Source: a virus
Taxonomy: Duplodnaviria; Caudoviricetes
Length of the DNA: 33,319 bases
Virus record (IMG/VR): IMGVR_UViG_3300010376_000094
Span: 1 to 33,319 of that record
Reading direction: 5' to 3' (one strand)
The notes below the pieces were generated by a model. It was not told where the DNA came from, did not search any database, and saw nothing but the letters and a program-made list of their open reading frames with translations. The position numbers and the translations under genes were made by a program. Of this stretch, positions 32,849-33,319 are shown one piece after another; within the stretch, counting starts at the first letter, position 1; every line of letters starts with the position of its first letter.

Positions 32849-33279
32849 GCCGCCACCTCCATGCTGGGGATAGACACCACGAACACCCGCCTGCCGCGGC
32901 CGGCGCCTCGTGTCTCAGTGACGATGCCGGCCTCCGCCAGCACCCGACGCATATGCCGGTATGCCTCGCTCTGGTGGATGCCGAGCAGGCGGCTCAGCTC
33001 AGGACCGGACGGCACCATGGCTCCCGGCCGGAGCCGCGGCAGCACTAGCGCCCGCAGCTTGGTGCGGTGGGCCAGCCCACGGGGCTGATTGCGATGATAG
33101 GTCATAGACACAAACCTCCGGCTTGCGTCCGCCGGGGCTTTGTGCGAAAGGAGGCTTGCAGGTCTCCTACACACCTTTGCCCAGGCAGCGACGCTTGGTT
33201 CAGTTGCAGTTACGGGTCGGTTACCGCCGGCCCGTTCTGCATTTAGCCCTGTGCGCATGAGTCCCGCAACGGTCATCAT
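32845..33279 (-). CDS. HTH-like hypothetical protein; start either 33279 or 33105
   Basis: PSGPELSRLLGIHQSEAYRHMRRV is HTH-like; GGAGG precedes ATG 33105, and an ATGA overlap supports 33279. Confidence 0.55.
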   Translation of the reverse strand: MMTVAGLMRTGLNAERAGGNRPVTATEPSVAAWAKVCRRPASLLSHKAPADASRRFVSMTYHRNQPRGLAHRTKLRALVLPRLRPGAMVPSGPELSRLLGIHQSEAYRHMRRVLAEAGIVTETRGAGRGRRVFVVSIPSMEVAA

Positions 33280-33319
33280 GCCGCATCCTCAGCCTCAAAC
33301 CGGCGCCATTGGGCTATGA

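Noticed and set aside
1-33319. Integrase/att site, lysis cassette, or known defence system
   Set aside because: None recognisable in this window, so prophage versus free phage cannot be decided

Overview
A GC-rich P22-like (short-tailed, podoviral) phage or prophage segment, probably from an alphaproteobacterial host (inferred from GcrA-like and DUF3309-like genes and an alpha-type promoter). Nearly all genes from 1840 to the right edge are on the minus strand. Reading right to left: HTH gene, replication initiator with internal iteron-like repeats, NusG/RfaH-like antiterminator, putative TerS, a ~3.7 kb island of small accessory genes (PEP-CTERM protein, GcrA-like HTH, stand-alone RNA polymerase alpha-CTD-like protein, Pro-rich repeat protein, membrane peptides), TerL, portal, a frameshifted scaffold, major capsid, head-fibre, gp4-like and gp10-like genes, a free-standing HNH endonuclease, two S74-chaperoned tail fibres, a GNAT, and DNA-ejection proteins. 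A convergent plus-strand moron-like cassette sits at the left end. The strongest hidden feature is a 241-nt ORF-less group I intron (20694-20934) splitting the major capsid gene after codon 12, which the ORF track misses. Other notable signals are two apparent non-AUG starts (ACG, CUG), an RBS-sequestering hairpin before the HNH gene, an HNH-like remnant head-to-head with terL, and sharply AT-rich recoded patches inside conserved structural genes. Family assignments come from motif recognition and synteny only; no searches were run.
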